A stretch of 64,000 bases of DNA from Lachnospiraceae bacterium (GCA_051653625.1 JBOFWM010000063.1:9799-73798); one strand, 5' to 3'. Counted from the first letter of the stretch, positions 36,317-48,797 are shown. Program-made: numbers and translations. The notes: generated by a model from the sequence alone, not told the origin.

Positions 36317-36988
36317 ATGAAAGTGAATCTACTAGGAATAACTTTTGAAGATTTTAATGTCAAAGAAGGATTAAGAAAAGCAAATATTTATTTGAAAAGT
36401 GGTGCATTAAACACAATTGCATATGTATCCGTAAAAAAACTAATGCAAGCCTCAAAAGATGAGGAAGAATCTAAGCGGTGGGAAGTTATAGATCTTATAG
36501 TCTGTGAAGATAAAGAAGTGCTAGAAGCACTAAATATAACAGCAAGAAATCGAAGTAAAGAAGTAGAAGAAAATGAATTTTTGACTGAATTTTTGAAAAG
36601 GATTGTAAGAAATCAAAGCACAGTCTTTTTGCTTTCGAAAGATCAGGTAGAGGCACAACGTGTTGAGAATGAATTAAGAAAATTACAAAGTGGAATTAAA
36701 ATTGTAAAAAATTGTAGTATTGATGAATATTCTATTAATTTGGATGGGCTAATTAACGATATGAACAGTTTGACACCAAATGTGATATTATCATCATTAG
36801 AAATGAATGAAACATTAAAGCTTATGGAAACTTATAGAGGATTATTGAGTGCTGAAGTTTGGATGGCTTTGCCAAATGAAATTACAAAAAATAGAAAAAA
36901 TGCTGCAATTTTTAAATTTATAAAAAGCATATACATAAAATTGTTTATTCGAAAAGTAAATAGTTTTCATGATGAAGAGTCTAAGTAA
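36317..36988 (+). CDS. hypothetical protein, divergent WecB/TagA/CpsF-like fold
   Basis: By eye, VNLLGITFEDF.., TVFLLSKDQVEAQRV...GIKIV and TPNVILSSLEMNET.. are colinear with TagA-family glycosyltransferases. Conservation is weak. Confidence 0.35.
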   Translation: MKVNLLGITFEDFNVKEGLRKANIYLKSGALNTIAYVSVKKLMQASKDEEESKRWEVIDLIVCEDKEVLEALNITARNRSKEVEENEFLTEFLKRIVRNQSTVFLLSKDQVEAQRVENELRKLQSGIKIVKNCSIDEYSINLDGLINDMNSLTPNVILSSLEMNETLKLMETYRGLLSAEVWMALPNEITKNRKNAAIFKFIKSIYIKLFIRKVNSFHDEESK

Positions 36989-37109
36989 AAATAGACTCTT
37001 TTAGTTATGATTGCTAAAAAGATGTTTTTTTCTATAGATTTTTTTGTAATTATCAATTAAACTGTAAAATAGCATTAGGACGAATAACGAAGGTTAGTCC
37101 GAGAAAGGT

Positions 37110-38210
37110 ATGGTTACTATTATGATCTCAAATCAGATTTTACAAAATACAATTGAAGGAATTAAAGCAATTGGTAGGGTGGAATTATGTGTGGTTGATA
37201 CGGATGGCAAGATTGTTGCTACTACAACTTCAGAATTAGAAGGGTGTACTACATCAGCTACTGCATTTGCAATTTCACCAGCAGATAGTCAGGAAGTTTC
37301 TGGTAATCAATATTTTAAAATATATGATGAACAACAAATTGAATATATATTAGTGGCAAGTGGTCCAGGTGATGGTGTTTATATGATTGGAAAAATGGCA
37401 TCATTTCAAATCCAAAATTTATTAGTCGCCTATAAAGAACGTTTTGATAAAGATAACTTTATCAAAAATCTATTGTTGGATAATTTGTTATTGGTAGATA
37501 TTTATAGTAGAGCCAAAAAATTACATATTCAACCAGAAGAAAAACGTGTTACAATTATTATTGAGGGACATGTTGGAAAAGATAGCAATATTTTAGAATT
37601 GATGCGTGGACAATTTGGAACAAATAATAAAGACTTTATCACTGCAGTAGATGAACATAATGTGATTGTTGTAAAAGAATTAGGCGACAATGATACAAAT
37701 AATGAAATTGATAAGATTATAAAGAGTTACCAAGTGTTTTTAGCAAAAGAGGGAATCAAAGATGTTCATTTTGCATATGGAACAATTGTAAAAGAAATTA
37801 AAGAGGTAAGTAGATCCTTTAAAGAAGCGAAAATGGCACTTGATGTAGGAAGAATTTTCTTTACAGAACGAAATATTATTGCATACAGTGAATTAGGAAT
37901 TGGTCGTTTGATTTATCAATTACCAATTCCGTTATGTAAAATGTTTATTCGAGAGATTTTTGGGGGGAAAAGTCCAGATGACTTTGATGAAGAAACATTA
38001 ACTACTATAATGAAATTTTTTGAAAATAGTTTAAATGTTTCAGAAACATCACGTCAATTATTTATACACAGAAATACATTGGTGTATAGATTAGATAAAC
38101 TACAAAAAACAACTGGTCTTGATTTAAGAGTGTTTGAAGATGCAATTACCTTTAAAATTGCTTTAATGGTAGTGAAATATATGAGATACATGGAAAGTTT
38201 TGAATACTAG
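37110..38210 (+). CDS. PucR/CdaR-family transcriptional regulator
   Basis: The C-terminal HTH NVSETSRQLFIHRNTLVYRLDKLQKTTGLDL is the PucR_C signature. Confidence 0.8.
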   Translation: MVTIMISNQILQNTIEGIKAIGRVELCVVDTDGKIVATTTSELEGCTTSATAFAISPADSQEVSGNQYFKIYDEQQIEYILVASGPGDGVYMIGKMASFQIQNLLVAYKERFDKDNFIKNLLLDNLLLVDIYSRAKKLHIQPEEKRVTIIIEGHVGKDSNILELMRGQFGTNNKDFITAVDEHNVIVVKELGDNDTNNEIDKIIKSYQVFLAKEGIKDVHFAYGTIVKEIKEVSRSFKEAKMALDVGRIFFTERNIIAYSELGIGRLIYQLPIPLCKMFIREIFGGKSPDDFDEETLTTIMKFFENSLNVSETSRQLFIHRNTLVYRLDKLQKTTGLDLRVFEDAITFKIALMVVKYMRYMESFEY

Positions 38211-38220
38211 GAGAAAAATC

Positions 38221-38955
38221 GTGGCAATTAGAAAAAAGAAGAAAGAAACAAAAATACCAGAAGAAAATATTATAGTGTTGAAAGGTGTTACAAAAGCATA
38301 TTCAACTGGAGCACCAGCACTAAATGGAGTTGACCTTACCATTCGATCAGGAGAATTTGTATTTATTGTAGGTGATAGTGGTTCGGGTAAATCAACATTA
38401 ATTAAATTATTATTAAGAGAATTGACTCCTACTGCTGGGAAAATATTTGTAAATGGGGAAGATGTAGAGGCTTTAAAAAGACGACATGTTCCCAAATTTA
38501 GAAGAAATATGGGAGTTGTTTTTCAAGATTTCCGATTATTAAAAGATCGAAATGTATATGATAATGTCGCATTTGCGCAACGAATTACACAAGTACCAAC
38601 AAGAGAAATTAGAAAAAATGTACCTTCTATTTTAGCAGTAGTAGGTCTTGCAGGAAAATATAAAGCCAAACCCAAACAACTTTCAGGTGGGGAACAACAA
38701 AGAGTTGCATTAGCGAGAGCCTTAATTAATCGTCCACCAATTTTATTAGCTGATGAACCAACAGGAAATTTAGATCCAAAGAATTCTTGGGAAATTATGA
38801 AGTTATTAGATCAAATTAATAAAAAAGGTACCACTGTTTTAGTAGTGACTCACAATAGAGAAATTGTAAATGAAATGCAAAAAAGAGTTATTACAATGAA
38901 AAAAGGTGTTATTGTCAGTGATGAAGAAAAAGGTGGTTATATAGATGAAGATTAG
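38221..38955 (+). CDS. ftsE: cell-division ABC ATPase FtsE
   Basis: Walker [10 protein letters not shown], signature LSGGEQQR and Walker B ILLADEP. GTG 38221 is preceded by AGGAGA at 6 nt and is preferred over TTG 38200. Confidence 0.9.
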   Translation: MAIRKKKKETKIPEENIIVLKGVTKAYSTGAPALNGVDLTIRSGEFVFIVGDSGSGKSTLIKLLLRELTPTAGKIFVNGEDVEALKRRHVPKFRRNMGVVFQDFRLLKDRNVYDNVAFAQRITQVPTREIRKNVPSILAVVGLAGKYKAKPKQLSGGEQQRVALARALINRPPILLADEPTGNLDPKNSWEIMKLLDQINKKGTTVLVVTHNREIVNEMQKRVITMKKGVIVSDEEKGGYIDED

Positions 38956-39841
38956 TGCATTTTTTTATACATTAAAACAAGGAGTAGCAAATATATTTCG
39001 TAATTTTTGGTTTTCGTTAGCTTCAGTTGCGACAATAAGTGCATGTTTATTATTATTTGGAGTGTTTTATGCAATTATTGCAAACTTTCAAAGTATTGTA
39101 AAATCAGCGGAACAAGGTGTAAGCGTTACAGTATTTTTTGATGAAGAGTTAGAGGAAGCAAAAATAAAAGAGATTGGTGAAATGATTTTAAGAAGAGCAG
39201 AAGTTTCTAAAATTGTTTTTGTTTCAGAGGATGAGGCATGGGAGAGTTTTAGAGTAGATTATCTTGGAGAATATGCAGATGGTTTCACAGAGAATCCGCT
39301 TGCAGGATCTTCTCATTATGAAATATATCTTTCGGATATTTCATTACAAGCTAATCTTGTGCAATATTTAGAATCCGTTGAGGGAGTAAGAGATGTGAAT
39401 CGTTCAGAAGTAACCGCTTCAACATTAAGTGGGATTAATATGTTGATTGCGTATGTATCGATTGGTATCATAGGAATTCTTTTAGCGGTATCCGTATTTT
39501 TGATTAGCAATACAGTTATGATTGGTATTTCAGTGCGAAAAGAAGAAATTAATATTATGAAGTATATCGGTGCTACAGATTTTTTTGTTAGAGCGCCATT
39601 TGTAATAGAAGGTATGGTTATTGGAGTAATTGGATCTTGTATTCCTTTGGCTATTATTTATTTTTTGTATAATAATATTATCCAATATATTTTAGAACGT
39701 TTTTCTGTATTAACATCACTACTTAACTTTTTACCGGTTGGTGAAGTTTTTACACTACTTACTCCAGTTTCGCTAGCAATAGGGCTAGGAATTGGATTTT
39801 GGGGAAGTTTTTCAACAGTAAGAAAACATTTACGTGTATAA
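38945..39841 (+). CDS. ftsX: cell-division permease-like protein FtsX
   Basis: 4-TM topology with a large first extracellular loop. It overlaps the ftsE stop. The MKYIGATDFF motif is present. Confidence 0.9.
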   Translation: MKISAFFYTLKQGVANIFRNFWFSLASVATISACLLLFGVFYAIIANFQSIVKSAEQGVSVTVFFDEELEEAKIKEIGEMILRRAEVSKIVFVSEDEAWESFRVDYLGEYADGFTENPLAGSSHYEIYLSDISLQANLVQYLESVEGVRDVNRSEVTASTLSGINMLIAYVSIGIIGILLAVSVFLISNTVMIGISVRKEEINIMKYIGATDFFVRAPFVIEGMVIGVIGSCIPLAIIYFLYNNIIQYILERFSVLTSLLNFLPVGEVFTLLTPVSLAIGLGIGFWGSFSTVRKHLRV

Positions 39842-39891
39842 TGTAAGTTTTATATTATACTTTTGCGAAAAAGAAAAGGATACTTAATAAA

Positions 39892-41103
39892 ATGAAAAAA
39901 TTATATCAAATTCTTATTCTTGCAATCTTTTTTTTGTTTTTTGCGTTTCAACCATCTGGAATAACTGTACAAGCTACACAAAGTTTAGATGATAGTATTG
40001 AACAAAAAAAAGAAGAAATTAAAAAGGCAGAAGAAGAGAAAAAGAATCTTCAACAGGGACTTACCAATGTTAAAGAAATGCTTGAAAATCTTGAATCAAC
40101 GAAGTCTAATTTAGAAAACTATGTTGTAAAATTGGATGGACAATTAACAACAGTGGAACAAAAAATTAATGAATTATTTGTTATGATTGAGGAAAAAGAG
40201 CAAGAAATCAAAAAAACAACAAAAGAATTAGAAGAAGCAGAACAGTTAGAAAAAGAGCAGTATGAAGCGATGAAAACACGTATCCGATTTATGTATGAAA
40301 AGGGAGATACTTTTTATTTAGAACTTCTTTTTTCGTCTACAAGTTTTGGTGAAATGTTAAATAAAGCAGAATACATAGAAGCATTATCTGCTTATGATCG
40401 TACTATGCTTGATGCTTATCAAAAAAATCGTGAATACATTGAAGTTTGTAAAGAAGAGCTAGAGTTAGAAGAGGAACTTTTAAAAGATGCAAAAGCTGCT
40501 GTAGAAAAAGAGCAAGCAAATTTATCTTCCTTAATTTCAGCAAAGGAAGGTGAAATTACAAAGTATGAGGGAGATATTTCTACTCAAGCACAAGCCATTA
40601 AAGAATATGAAGAAGAAATTAAAGCACAAAATGCGGTAATTGCAGCGTTAGAAGCCGAAAGAAAGCGTCTTGAAGCAGAGAATGAAAGTAAATTCGATTA
40701 TGATGGTGGTATGTTTGCGTGGCCAGCACCTTCTTATACAAGAATTTCTGACGATTATGGGAATAGAATACATCCAATTTTAAATGTACAACAATTTCAT
40801 AATGGAGTGGATATGGCAGCGCCAAGTGGAACACCGATTTTGTCAGCATACGATGGGGAAGTAGTTGCTGCAACATATAATGCAACAATGGGAAATTATG
40901 TTATGATTAATCATGGTGGAGGACTTTACACCATTTATATGCATGCATCAGCGCTTTACACTTCAGAAGGTGCAAAAGTTGCAAGAGGTGATAAAATAGC
41001 AGCAGTTGGTACAACAGGTAGATCTACAGGAAATCATTTACATTTTAGCGTAAGATTAAATGGTAGTTATGTTAGTCCTTGGAATTATTTGAATAAACCA
41101 TAA
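39892..41103 (+). CDS. M23-family peptidoglycan metalloendopeptidase with coiled-coil N-domain (EnvC/PcsB-like)
   Basis: Signal/TM segment, a long coiled coil and M23 motifs HNGVD and GNHLHF. It is located after ftsEX. Confidence 0.85.
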   Translation: MKKLYQILILAIFFLFFAFQPSGITVQATQSLDDSIEQKKEEIKKAEEEKKNLQQGLTNVKEMLENLESTKSNLENYVVKLDGQLTTVEQKINELFVMIEEKEQEIKKTTKELEEAEQLEKEQYEAMKTRIRFMYEKGDTFYLELLFSSTSFGEMLNKAEYIEALSAYDRTMLDAYQKNREYIEVCKEELELEEELLKDAKAAVEKEQANLSSLISAKEGEITKYEGDISTQAQAIKEYEEEIKAQNAVIAALEAERKRLEAENESKFDYDGGMFAWPAPSYTRISDDYGNRIHPILNVQQFHNGVDMAAPSGTPILSAYDGEVVAATYNATMGNYVMINHGGGLYTIYMHASALYTSEGAKVARGDKIAAVGTTGRSTGNHLHFSVRLNGSYVSPWNYLNKP

Positions 41104-41167
41104 ATAAGAAACATATAGTAAAATTAAGAATAAATATAATTTATATGCCCTAGGAAAAGGAAAAAAT

Positions 41168-42397
41168 ATGGAATCTGAAAATAGAAAGTCATACCGTAGA
41201 GGTTTTTTAGGAGGAGTACTTCTTGCAATTTTAATTGTAATGCTTTACTCACTTGGTAGTAAGGTTTACTCAGTATATGTAAAACCATATGTTAGTTTAA
41301 GTTCTTCAACAAACGTTGGAGAAAAAGAAATACTTTTAGATACGCAAACAAGTACAAAGATCGAAGTGATTGAAGGTGCAATTCAACAGTATTTTTTAAA
41401 TGATATTTCGCTGAAAAATCTAGAGGACGGAATATATTCAGGTATATTAGATGCATTAGAAGATCCATATTCAGAATATTATACTGCAGAAGAATTAATT
41501 AGTATTCAAGAAAAGACGGAAGGTATTTATTACGGAATTGGTGCTTACATTGGAATTGATGAAAAAACAAATTTATCTGTTTTAAGTGGAATTATTGAAA
41601 ATACCCCTGCACAAGAAGCAGGATTGCAAGCAGGAGATGTAATCTATAAGGTAGATGGAGTATCTACAGAAGGAAAAGATACAACAGAAGTTGTAGCTCT
41701 TATTAAAGGGGAAGAAGGGAGCAAAGTTCTTTTGACGATTATAAGACAAGGGGAAGCTGCTTATCTTGAAATTGAAGTTGAAAGAAGAAAAATCGAAACA
41801 CCGACTGTTGAATATAAAATGTTAGAAGACAATATTGGATACATTCGAATTTTAGAATTTGATGATATTACACTCGATCAATTTACAGAAGCATTAGCTG
41901 TTTGCGAGGGATCTGGAATGACAGGACTAATTCTTGATTTAAGAAATAATCCTGGAGGCAATCTAACAACAGTATGTGAGATTGCAAGAATGTTGCTACC
42001 GAAAGGCCTTATTGTATATACTGAAAATAAATATGGAGAGCGAGAAGAATATAGTGGTGATGGAACGAGAGAAATTCAAATTCCATTAGTTGTACTTACG
42101 AATGAATATAGCGCTAGTGCATCAGAAATTCTTGCAGGTGCAATTAAAGATTATGAAAAAGGTACCATTTTAGGAACTACTACATATGGAAAAGGAATTG
42201 TGCAAAGAATTATAGGATTATCAGATGGTTCTGCTTTAAAATTAACAGTAAGTAAATACTATACTCCTAAGGGAAATGATATTCATGGAATAGGTGTATC
42301 TCCCGATGTTGAAGTTAAGTTCGATAGTGAAACATATTTGTTGAATGGAAAAGATAATCAATTAGAAGCAGCAATTTCGCTTTTGAAAAATGAATAA
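41168..42397 (+). CDS. S41-family C-terminal processing peptidase
   Basis: PDZ segment (GLQAGDVIYKVDG) and catalytic regions DLRNNPGG, SASASEI and TYGKG. Confidence 0.88.
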   Translation: MESENRKSYRRGFLGGVLLAILIVMLYSLGSKVYSVYVKPYVSLSSSTNVGEKEILLDTQTSTKIEVIEGAIQQYFLNDISLKNLEDGIYSGILDALEDPYSEYYTAEELISIQEKTEGIYYGIGAYIGIDEKTNLSVLSGIIENTPAQEAGLQAGDVIYKVDGVSTEGKDTTEVVALIKGEEGSKVLLTIIRQGEAAYLEIEVERRKIETPTVEYKMLEDNIGYIRILEFDDITLDQFTEALAVCEGSGMTGLILDLRNNPGGNLTTVCEIARMLLPKGLIVYTENKYGEREEYSGDGTREIQIPLVVLTNEYSASASEILAGAIKDYEKGTILGTTTYGKGIVQRIIGLSDGSALKLTVSKYYTPKGNDIHGIGVSPDVEVKFDSETYLLNGKDNQLEAAISLLKNE

Positions 42398-42407
42398 AGA
42401 TGAGAAA

Positions 42408-42438
42408 AGCTGAGCAGAATTTCTGTTCAGCTTTTTTT
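42408..42438 (+). terminator. rho-independent terminator
   Basis: Stem agctgagcaga / tctgttcagct (one G-U pair) followed by 7 T. Confidence 0.8.
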
Positions 42439-42514
42439 AAAAAAGAAATGTTGTTTGTAATATAAAAAAGAATTATAATGGTAATAAATATAAGGAATAA
42501 ATGGAGCACACTAT

Positions 42515-43945
42515 ATGATAAAAAAAATCTTAATTACAATACTAACAATTATTAGTCTTTTTATAGCAATGATGTTTTATGGGATTTTCAATCCTGATTT
42601 TGCTTTAGAGATAGCAACTAAATTATTTCCGGATAGATATAATACAACTTCTATTGATGTAGAGGAAGAAATAAGTTCTGAAATACAAGAAGAACAATCA
42701 GAAGAAATAGAAACACAAATAGAGATTCCAAAACAGAGCGAAGAAAGTATCGTGAAACAAAGTGAAGTTACACAAGTTTTTGATGAGATAGAAACTCCGT
42801 TAAAAAGTATATCTGGAAAAAATGGTTATATATCCATAACAGAACAATCAAATCAAGTATCAGATAAAGAAAATGAAGAAATACAAAAGACTAAAGATTA
42901 TGGTGAGACAGGATCAAGTCTTACATTTGATACAGAGATGTATCCATATTATGGTATGTTATCAGAAGCTGGACAAACATTATATAAACAGATTTATTCT
43001 AATGCTAATATTTTGAAAAAAACATTTAATCCTATTGTTGATGTGGATAAAGATCATGTTAAAAATGTTTTTATGGCAGTATTTAATGATCACCCAGAAT
43101 TATTTTGGCTTTATACTTCCTATTCAAGCAAGTATAGTAAGCCTGGAATTTGTATAGAAATAACACTTACATATTATGATTTTGGAAGTGTATTCGAGTC
43201 GGAAAAAACAAAATTTAATCAAGTAATTAATACCATTGTTGATGGAGCAAAGACAAAATCAACAGATTTTGAAAAAGAGCAATATGTACATGATGCACTT
43301 ATTAATCGAATTACATATAATTTACAAGCACCATTGAATCAAAGTGCATATAGTGCAATTGTGAATGGATCAACCGTATGTGCAGGTTATGCAAGAGCAT
43401 TTCAACTTATTATGCAAAAACTGGAGATACCAACGTATTATTGTACTGGATATGCAGGAGAGAGACATGCATGGAATATTGTGAAGCTTGAAGGAGAATA
43501 CTATAATGTAGATTTAACATGGGATGATTCCGATCCATTTACGTATGATTATTTCAATAGAACAGACCAAGATTTTATAGATACACATACAAGACAAGAT
43601 TTATCCGTGAATTTACCAGAAGCAAAAGGTACAAAATATAGAAATTTAGTAGGAAACATTTCAAATGAAATTCTAAAAGAAAAAGTAAGCACAATAGAGG
43701 AGTATTATACAAAATGCTTATCTCTTGCACTTGTACAAAAAGAAAAAGATAGTATTTCTTTTGAAGTAATAATTGGTGATAATATTTTAGAAGATGTAAA
43801 AAAGGCATATCAAGATAATGCGTATCAAAATGGATATGTGAATAGATTAATGGATGAAATTGAGGCAGATAGTTTATCGGTTAATATAGAAAGTGAAAAT
43901 TTAGGAAGTGGATACTATAAATTATATCACACTATAAGAAAGTAG
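42515..43945 (+). CDS. membrane-anchored transglutaminase-like (Cys-His-Asp) domain protein
   Basis: N-terminal TM, an acidic Glu/Ser-rich linker, and the core [12 protein letters not shown] ... ERHAWNIV ... YNVDLTWDD. Confidence 0.65.
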   Translation: MIKKILITILTIISLFIAMMFYGIFNPDFALEIATKLFPDRYNTTSIDVEEEISSEIQEEQSEEIETQIEIPKQSEESIVKQSEVTQVFDEIETPLKSISGKNGYISITEQSNQVSDKENEEIQKTKDYGETGSSLTFDTEMYPYYGMLSEAGQTLYKQIYSNANILKKTFNPIVDVDKDHVKNVFMAVFNDHPELFWLYTSYSSKYSKPGICIEITLTYYDFGSVFESEKTKFNQVINTIVDGAKTKSTDFEKEQYVHDALINRITYNLQAPLNQSAYSAIVNGSTVCAGYARAFQLIMQKLEIPTYYCTGYAGERHAWNIVKLEGEYYNVDLTWDDSDPFTYDYFNRTDQDFIDTHTRQDLSVNLPEAKGTKYRNLVGNISNEILKEKVSTIEEYYTKCLSLALVQKEKDSISFEVIIGDNILEDVKKAYQDNAYQNGYVNRLMDEIEADSLSVNIESENLGSGYYKLYHTIRK

Positions 43946-43962
43946 AAGAAGGGTTTGATAAG

Positions 43963-45951
43963 ATGGAGTTTAAGTTACATTCTGAATATAAGCCGACAGG
44001 TGACCAACCAGAAGCAATTGAGCAACTAGTTGCAGGTTTTAAAAAAGGAAATCAAATGCAAACGTTGTTAGGAGTGACAGGTTCTGGAAAAACATTTACA
44101 ATGGCAAATGTAATAGAGAAGTTACAAAAACCAACTCTTATCATTGCTCATAATAAAACATTAGCTGGGCAATTGTATGGAGAGTTTAAAGAGTTTTTTC
44201 CGGAAAATGCAGTAGAATATTTTGTCTCATATTATGATTACTATCAGCCAGAAGCATATGTTCCTTCTTCAGATACGTATATTGCAAAGGATTCTTCTAT
44301 TAATGAGGAAATAGATAAATTACGTTTGTCGGCAACTGCATCTTTGTCGGAACGAAAAGATGTGATTGTTGTAGCCAGTGTTTCTTGTATTTATGGAATA
44401 GGAAGTCCAGATGATTATAAAAAGATGATTGTATCATTAAGACCAGGTCAGATGAAAGATCGCGATCAAGTTCTTAGAGAAATGGTGCATATTCAATATG
44501 CGAGAAATGACATGGACTTATCGCGAGGTTGTTTTCGCGTAAGAGGAGATGTCGTTGAAATTAATCCAGCAGTAGGTGGAGAGATTATTTATCGAGTGGA
44601 ATTTTTTGGTGATGAAATAGACCGGATTTGTGAAATAGAGCCATTAAGTGGAAAGGTTTTAAAAGAATTAGAACATTTAGCAATTTTTCCGGCGTCTCAT
44701 TATGTAGTACCAGAAGAGAAAATAAAAAAAGCTTGTATAGAAATTGAAAAAGAAATGTTAGAAAGAGTCCAATACTTTAAGGGAGAAGATAAATTACTTG
44801 AAGCCCAAAGGATTAGTGAGCGTACAAACTTTGATATTGAAATGTTGCGAGAAACAGGGTTTTGTTCTGGTATTGAAAATTATTCAAGACATTTGAATGG
44901 GCAAAAGGCGGATGTGACTCCAAAATGTCTTATTGACTTTTTTGAAGATGATTTTTTGATTATTATTGATGAATCCCACATTAGTGTACCGCAAATTAGA
45001 GGGATGTATGCAGGCGATCGTTCTAGAAAAACAACATTGGTAGAGTATGGATTTCGCTTGCCATCCGCATTAGATAATAGACCATTAAATTTTACAGAAT
45101 TTGAAGAAAAAATAGATCAAATGCTATTTGTATCAGCAACACCAAATGTTTATGAAAAAGAACATGAATTATTGCGTGCGGAACAAATTATAAGGCCAAC
45201 TGGATTGCTCGATCCGGAAATCACTGTAAAACCTGTAGAAGGTCAAATTGATGATTTGATTTTTGAGGTAAGAAAAGAAATAAAGAAAAAAAATAAAGTG
45301 TTAATTACTACACTAACAAAAAGGATGGCAGAAGATTTAACAGATTACATGAAAGAAGTTGGAATACGTATTAAATATTTACATTCTGATATTGATACAT
45401 TAGAGCGTGCGCAAATTATTCGTGATATGAGATTAGATGTATTTGATGTGCTTGTAGGAATTAACTTATTAAGAGAAGGATTAGATATTCCAGAAATTAC
45501 GCTTGTTGCTATTTTAGATGCAGATAAAGAGGGATTTTTGCGCTCAGCAACTTCACTGATTCAAACGGTTGGAAGAGCAGCAAGAAATGCAGATGGTCAT
45601 GTAATCATGTATGCAGATAAAATTACAGATTCTATGAGGGAAGCTATTAGTGAGACAAATCGTAGAAGAAAAATACAAGAAGAGTATAATATAGAGCATA
45701 ATATTACACCAACAACAATTAAAAAAGCAGTAAGAGATTTGATTAGTATTTCAAAAGAAATTGCAAAAGAAGAAATGAAGTTTGAAAAAGATCCAGAGTC
45801 TATGGATGCAAAGGAACTTGAAAAATTAATTCAAAAAGTTTCGAAAGAAATGTCAAAAGCGGCAGCAGATTTAAATTTCGAAAATGCTGCAATGCTTCGA
45901 GATAAGATGATTGAATTAAAAAAACATTTAGAAGAAGTAAAGAATAAGTAG
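43963..45951 (+). CDS. uvrB: excinuclease ABC subunit B
   Basis: [25 protein letters not shown], and a C-terminal UVR motif. Confidence 0.97.
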   Translation: MEFKLHSEYKPTGDQPEAIEQLVAGFKKGNQMQTLLGVTGSGKTFTMANVIEKLQKPTLIIAHNKTLAGQLYGEFKEFFPENAVEYFVSYYDYYQPEAYVPSSDTYIAKDSSINEEIDKLRLSATASLSERKDVIVVASVSCIYGIGSPDDYKKMIVSLRPGQMKDRDQVLREMVHIQYARNDMDLSRGCFRVRGDVVEINPAVGGEIIYRVEFFGDEIDRICEIEPLSGKVLKELEHLAIFPASHYVVPEEKIKKACIEIEKEMLERVQYFKGEDKLLEAQRISERTNFDIEMLRETGFCSGIENYSRHLNGQKADVTPKCLIDFFEDDFLIIIDESHISVPQIRGMYAGDRSRKTTLVEYGFRLPSALDNRPLNFTEFEEKIDQMLFVSATPNVYEKEHELLRAEQIIRPTGLLDPEITVKPVEGQIDDLIFEVRKEIKKKNKVLITTLTKRMAEDLTDYMKEVGIRIKYLHSDIDTLERAQIIRDMRLDVFDVLVGINLLREGLDIPEITLVAILDADKEGFLRSATSLIQTVGRAARNADGHVIMYADKITDSMREAISETNRRRKIQEEYNIEHNITPTTIKKAVRDLISISKEIAKEEMKFEKDPESMDAKELEKLIQKVSKEMSKAAADLNFENAAMLRDKMIELKKHLEEVKNK

Positions 45952-45968
45952 AAAGAAAAGGAAAAAAG

Positions 45969-48797
45969 ATGTCAAAGGAATATATAAAAATTAGAGGGGC
46001 CCATGAACATAATTTGAAGGGGATTGATATAGATATACCGAGAAATGAATTTGTTGTTTTAACGGGGCTTTCCGGTTCGGGAAAATCGTCGCTTGCATTT
46101 GATACAATTTATGCAGAAGGACAAAGAAGATATATGGAATCAATTTCTTCTTATGCGAGACAATTTTTAGGGCAAATGGAAAAACCAAATGTAGATAAGA
46201 TTGAAGGATTATCACCAGCAATTTCTATTGATCAAAAATCGACAAATCGAAATCCAAGATCTACGGTAGGTACGGTAACAGAAATATATGATTATTTTCG
46301 ACTTCTATATGCAAGAATTGGTATTCCACATTGTCCAAAGTGTGGAAAGGAAATAAAAAAGCAAACAGTAGACCAAATGATTGATCAAATTTTAGAGTTG
46401 CCAGAAGGTAGTAAAATCCAATTGCTTGCACCAGTTGTAAGGGGAAGAAAAGGAGAGCATACAAAAGTATTTGAACGTGCAAAAAGAAGCGGATATGTAC
46501 GCGTAAAAATTGATGGAAATCTTTATGATTTATCAGAAGAATTTAAGTTAGATAAGAATATTAAACATAATATTGAAATAGTAGTGGATCGACTCGTTGT
46601 AAAACAAGATATACAATCAAGATTAACTGATTCTATTGAAAATGTATTAGAATTAGCGAATGGTTTAATGATGGTTGAGGTTATTGGTGGAGAAATCATT
46701 AATTTTAGCCAAAGTTTTTCCTGTCCAGATTGTGAAATTAGTATCGATGAAATTGAACCAAGAAGCTTTTCTTTTAATAATCCTTTCGGTGCTTGTCCTA
46801 CTTGTTATGGACTTGGATATAAAATGGAGTTTGATGTAGATTTGATGATACCGGATAAATCAAAAAGTATCAATGAAGGAGCCATTGTTGTAATGGGGTG
46901 GCAGTCAAGTAGTGACGAAGGTAGTTTTACAAATGCGATTCTAAAAGCATTAGCAAAAGAATATAAGTTCAAATTAGATGTGCCATTTGAAAAATTAACA
47001 GAAGAAATACAACATATTCTTTTGTATGGAACAGATGGAAAATCTGTAAAAGTACCATATAAGGGACAACGTGGTGAAGGAATCTATGACATAGTTTTTG
47101 AAGGTCTTATCAAAAATGTACAAAAGCGATATAGAGAAACTGCCTCAGAGGGCATGAAACAAGAATATGAAACATTTATGAGAATTACACCTTGTGAAGA
47201 TTGTCATGGAATGAGGTTGAAAAAAGAATCTCTTGCAGTAACTGTATGTGATAAAAATATTTATGAAGTTACAAATATGTCAATTGCTGTATTAGATGCA
47301 TTTTTAAAAGAAATGAAATTAACAAGAAATCAAGAAATAATTGGAGATCAAATCTTAAAAGAAATTAGAGCAAGAGTCGGATTTTTAATGGACGTTGGTT
47401 TAGATTATTTAGCATTATCAAGAGCAACAGCTAGTTTGTCAGGTGGGGAAGCACAAAGAATTCGTCTTGCCACACAAATCGGTTCTGGATTAGTGGGAGT
47501 TTGTTATATTTTAGATGAGCCAAGTATTGGATTACATCAAAAAGATAATGATAAACTATTAAATACGCTTAAAAATCTAAAAGAAATGGGAAATTCTTTG
47601 ATTGTAGTAGAACATGATGAAGATACTATGATGGCAGCAGATTTTATTGTGGATATTGGACCAGGAGCAGGTTCACATGGTGGAGAAGTAGTTGCAACTG
47701 GGACAGCAAAAGAGATCATGGAAAACGAAAAATCTATTACTGGAAAATATTTGAGCGGAAAAATTAAAATACCAGTTCCTGAAAAAAGAAAGAAAAAAAC
47801 TGGAACATTAAGTATTGTAAAAGCAGCAGAAAATAATTTGAAAAATGTAACAGTAGACATCCCACTTGGAATTATGACGTGTATAACAGGAGTATCAGGA
47901 TCGGGTAAGAGTTCGTTAATCAATGAGATTTTATACAAAAGCCTTGCAAGAGGATTAAATCGTGCAAGATGTATTCCGGGAAAACATCAAAAAATAAAAG
48001 GAATAGAGCAATTAGACAAAGTAATTGCTATTGATCAATCACCAATTGGAAGAACACCAAGATCAAACCCTGCAACATATACTGGAGTTTTTGATATGAT
48101 ACGTGATTTGTTTGCAGCGACTCAAGATGCAAAAACAAAAGGTTATAAGAAAGGGCGTTTTAGTTTCAATGTAAAAGGTGGTAGATGTGAGGCATGTAGT
48201 GGAGATGGAATTATTAAAATTGAAATGCATTTCTTACCAGATGTATATATACCTTGTGAAGTATGTCAAGGAAAACGTTATAATAGAGAAACATTAGAAG
48301 TAAAATATAAAGGGAAAACAATTTATGATGTACTTGATATGACAGTAGAAGAAGCAGTTACTTTTTTTGAAAATGTTCCAAGTATTAAACGTAAAATTGA
48401 TACATTATACGATGTTGGATTATCCTATATTAAATTAGGGCAACCATCTACTACATTATCGGGTGGAGAAGCACAAAGAATTAAATTAGCAACCGAATTA
48501 AGTAAAAGAAGTACTGGAAAAACGATTTATATTTTAGATGAACCTACAACAGGGCTTCATTTTGCAGATGTGCATAAACTAGTGGAAATATTACAACGTT
48601 TAACAGAAGGCGGAAATACAGTTGTTGTAATTGAGCATAATTTAGAAGTAATTAAAACTGCAGATTGGATCATTGATATGGGACCAGTTGGAGGCGATGG
48701 CGGAGGATGCGTTGTTGCAAAGGGAACTCCGGAGGAAGTGGCAAAAGTGGCAGAGTCATTTACAGGACAATATATTAATAAAATCATTTTTTCTTAA
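45969..48797 (+). CDS. uvrA: excinuclease ABC subunit A
   Basis: [10 protein letters not shown], two ABC modules (GLSGSGKSS and GVSGSGKSS), Zn-finger Cys clusters and two LSGGE motifs. Confidence 0.97.
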   Translation: MSKEYIKIRGAHEHNLKGIDIDIPRNEFVVLTGLSGSGKSSLAFDTIYAEGQRRYMESISSYARQFLGQMEKPNVDKIEGLSPAISIDQKSTNRNPRSTVGTVTEIYDYFRLLYARIGIPHCPKCGKEIKKQTVDQMIDQILELPEGSKIQLLAPVVRGRKGEHTKVFERAKRSGYVRVKIDGNLYDLSEEFKLDKNIKHNIEIVVDRLVVKQDIQSRLTDSIENVLELANGLMMVEVIGGEIINFSQSFSCPDCEISIDEIEPRSFSFNNPFGACPTCYGLGYKMEFDVDLMIPDKSKSINEGAIVVMGWQSSSDEGSFTNAILKALAKEYKFKLDVPFEKLTEEIQHILLYGTDGKSVKVPYKGQRGEGIYDIVFEGLIKNVQKRYRETASEGMKQEYETFMRITPCEDCHGMRLKKESLAVTVCDKNIYEVTNMSIAVLDAFLKEMKLTRNQEIIGDQILKEIRARVGFLMDVGLDYLALSRATASLSGGEAQRIRLATQIGSGLVGVCYILDEPSIGLHQKDNDKLLNTLKNLKEMGNSLIVVEHDEDTMMAADFIVDIGPGAGSHGGEVVATGTAKEIMENEKSITGKYLSGKIKIPVPEKRKKKTGTLSIVKAAENNLKNVTVDIPLGIMTCITGVSGSGKSSLINEILYKSLARGLNRARCIPGKHQKIKGIEQLDKVIAIDQSPIGRTPRSNPATYTGVFDMIRDLFAATQDAKTKGYKKGRFSFNVKGGRCEACSGDGIIKIEMHFLPDVYIPCEVCQGKRYNRETLEVKYKGKTIYDVLDMTVEEAVTFFENVPSIKRKIDTLYDVGLSYIKLGQPSTTLSGGEAQRIKLATELSKRSTGKTIYILDEPTTGLHFADVHKLVEILQRLTEGGNTVVVIEHNLEVIKTADWIIDMGPVGGDGGGCVVAKGTPEEVAKVAESFTGQYINKIIFS

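Noticed and set aside
38163-38495. 110-aa minus-strand ORF antisense to ftsE
   Set aside because: It is a mirror translation of the Walker A region of a conserved ABC ATPase, and it has no RBS.
47537-48787. Minus-strand ORFs 47537-47938 and 48557-48787 inside uvrA
   Set aside because: They are antisense to a highly conserved gene. They have no RBS, their sequences are Pro/Ser/Thr-rich mirror translations, and they carry no motifs.
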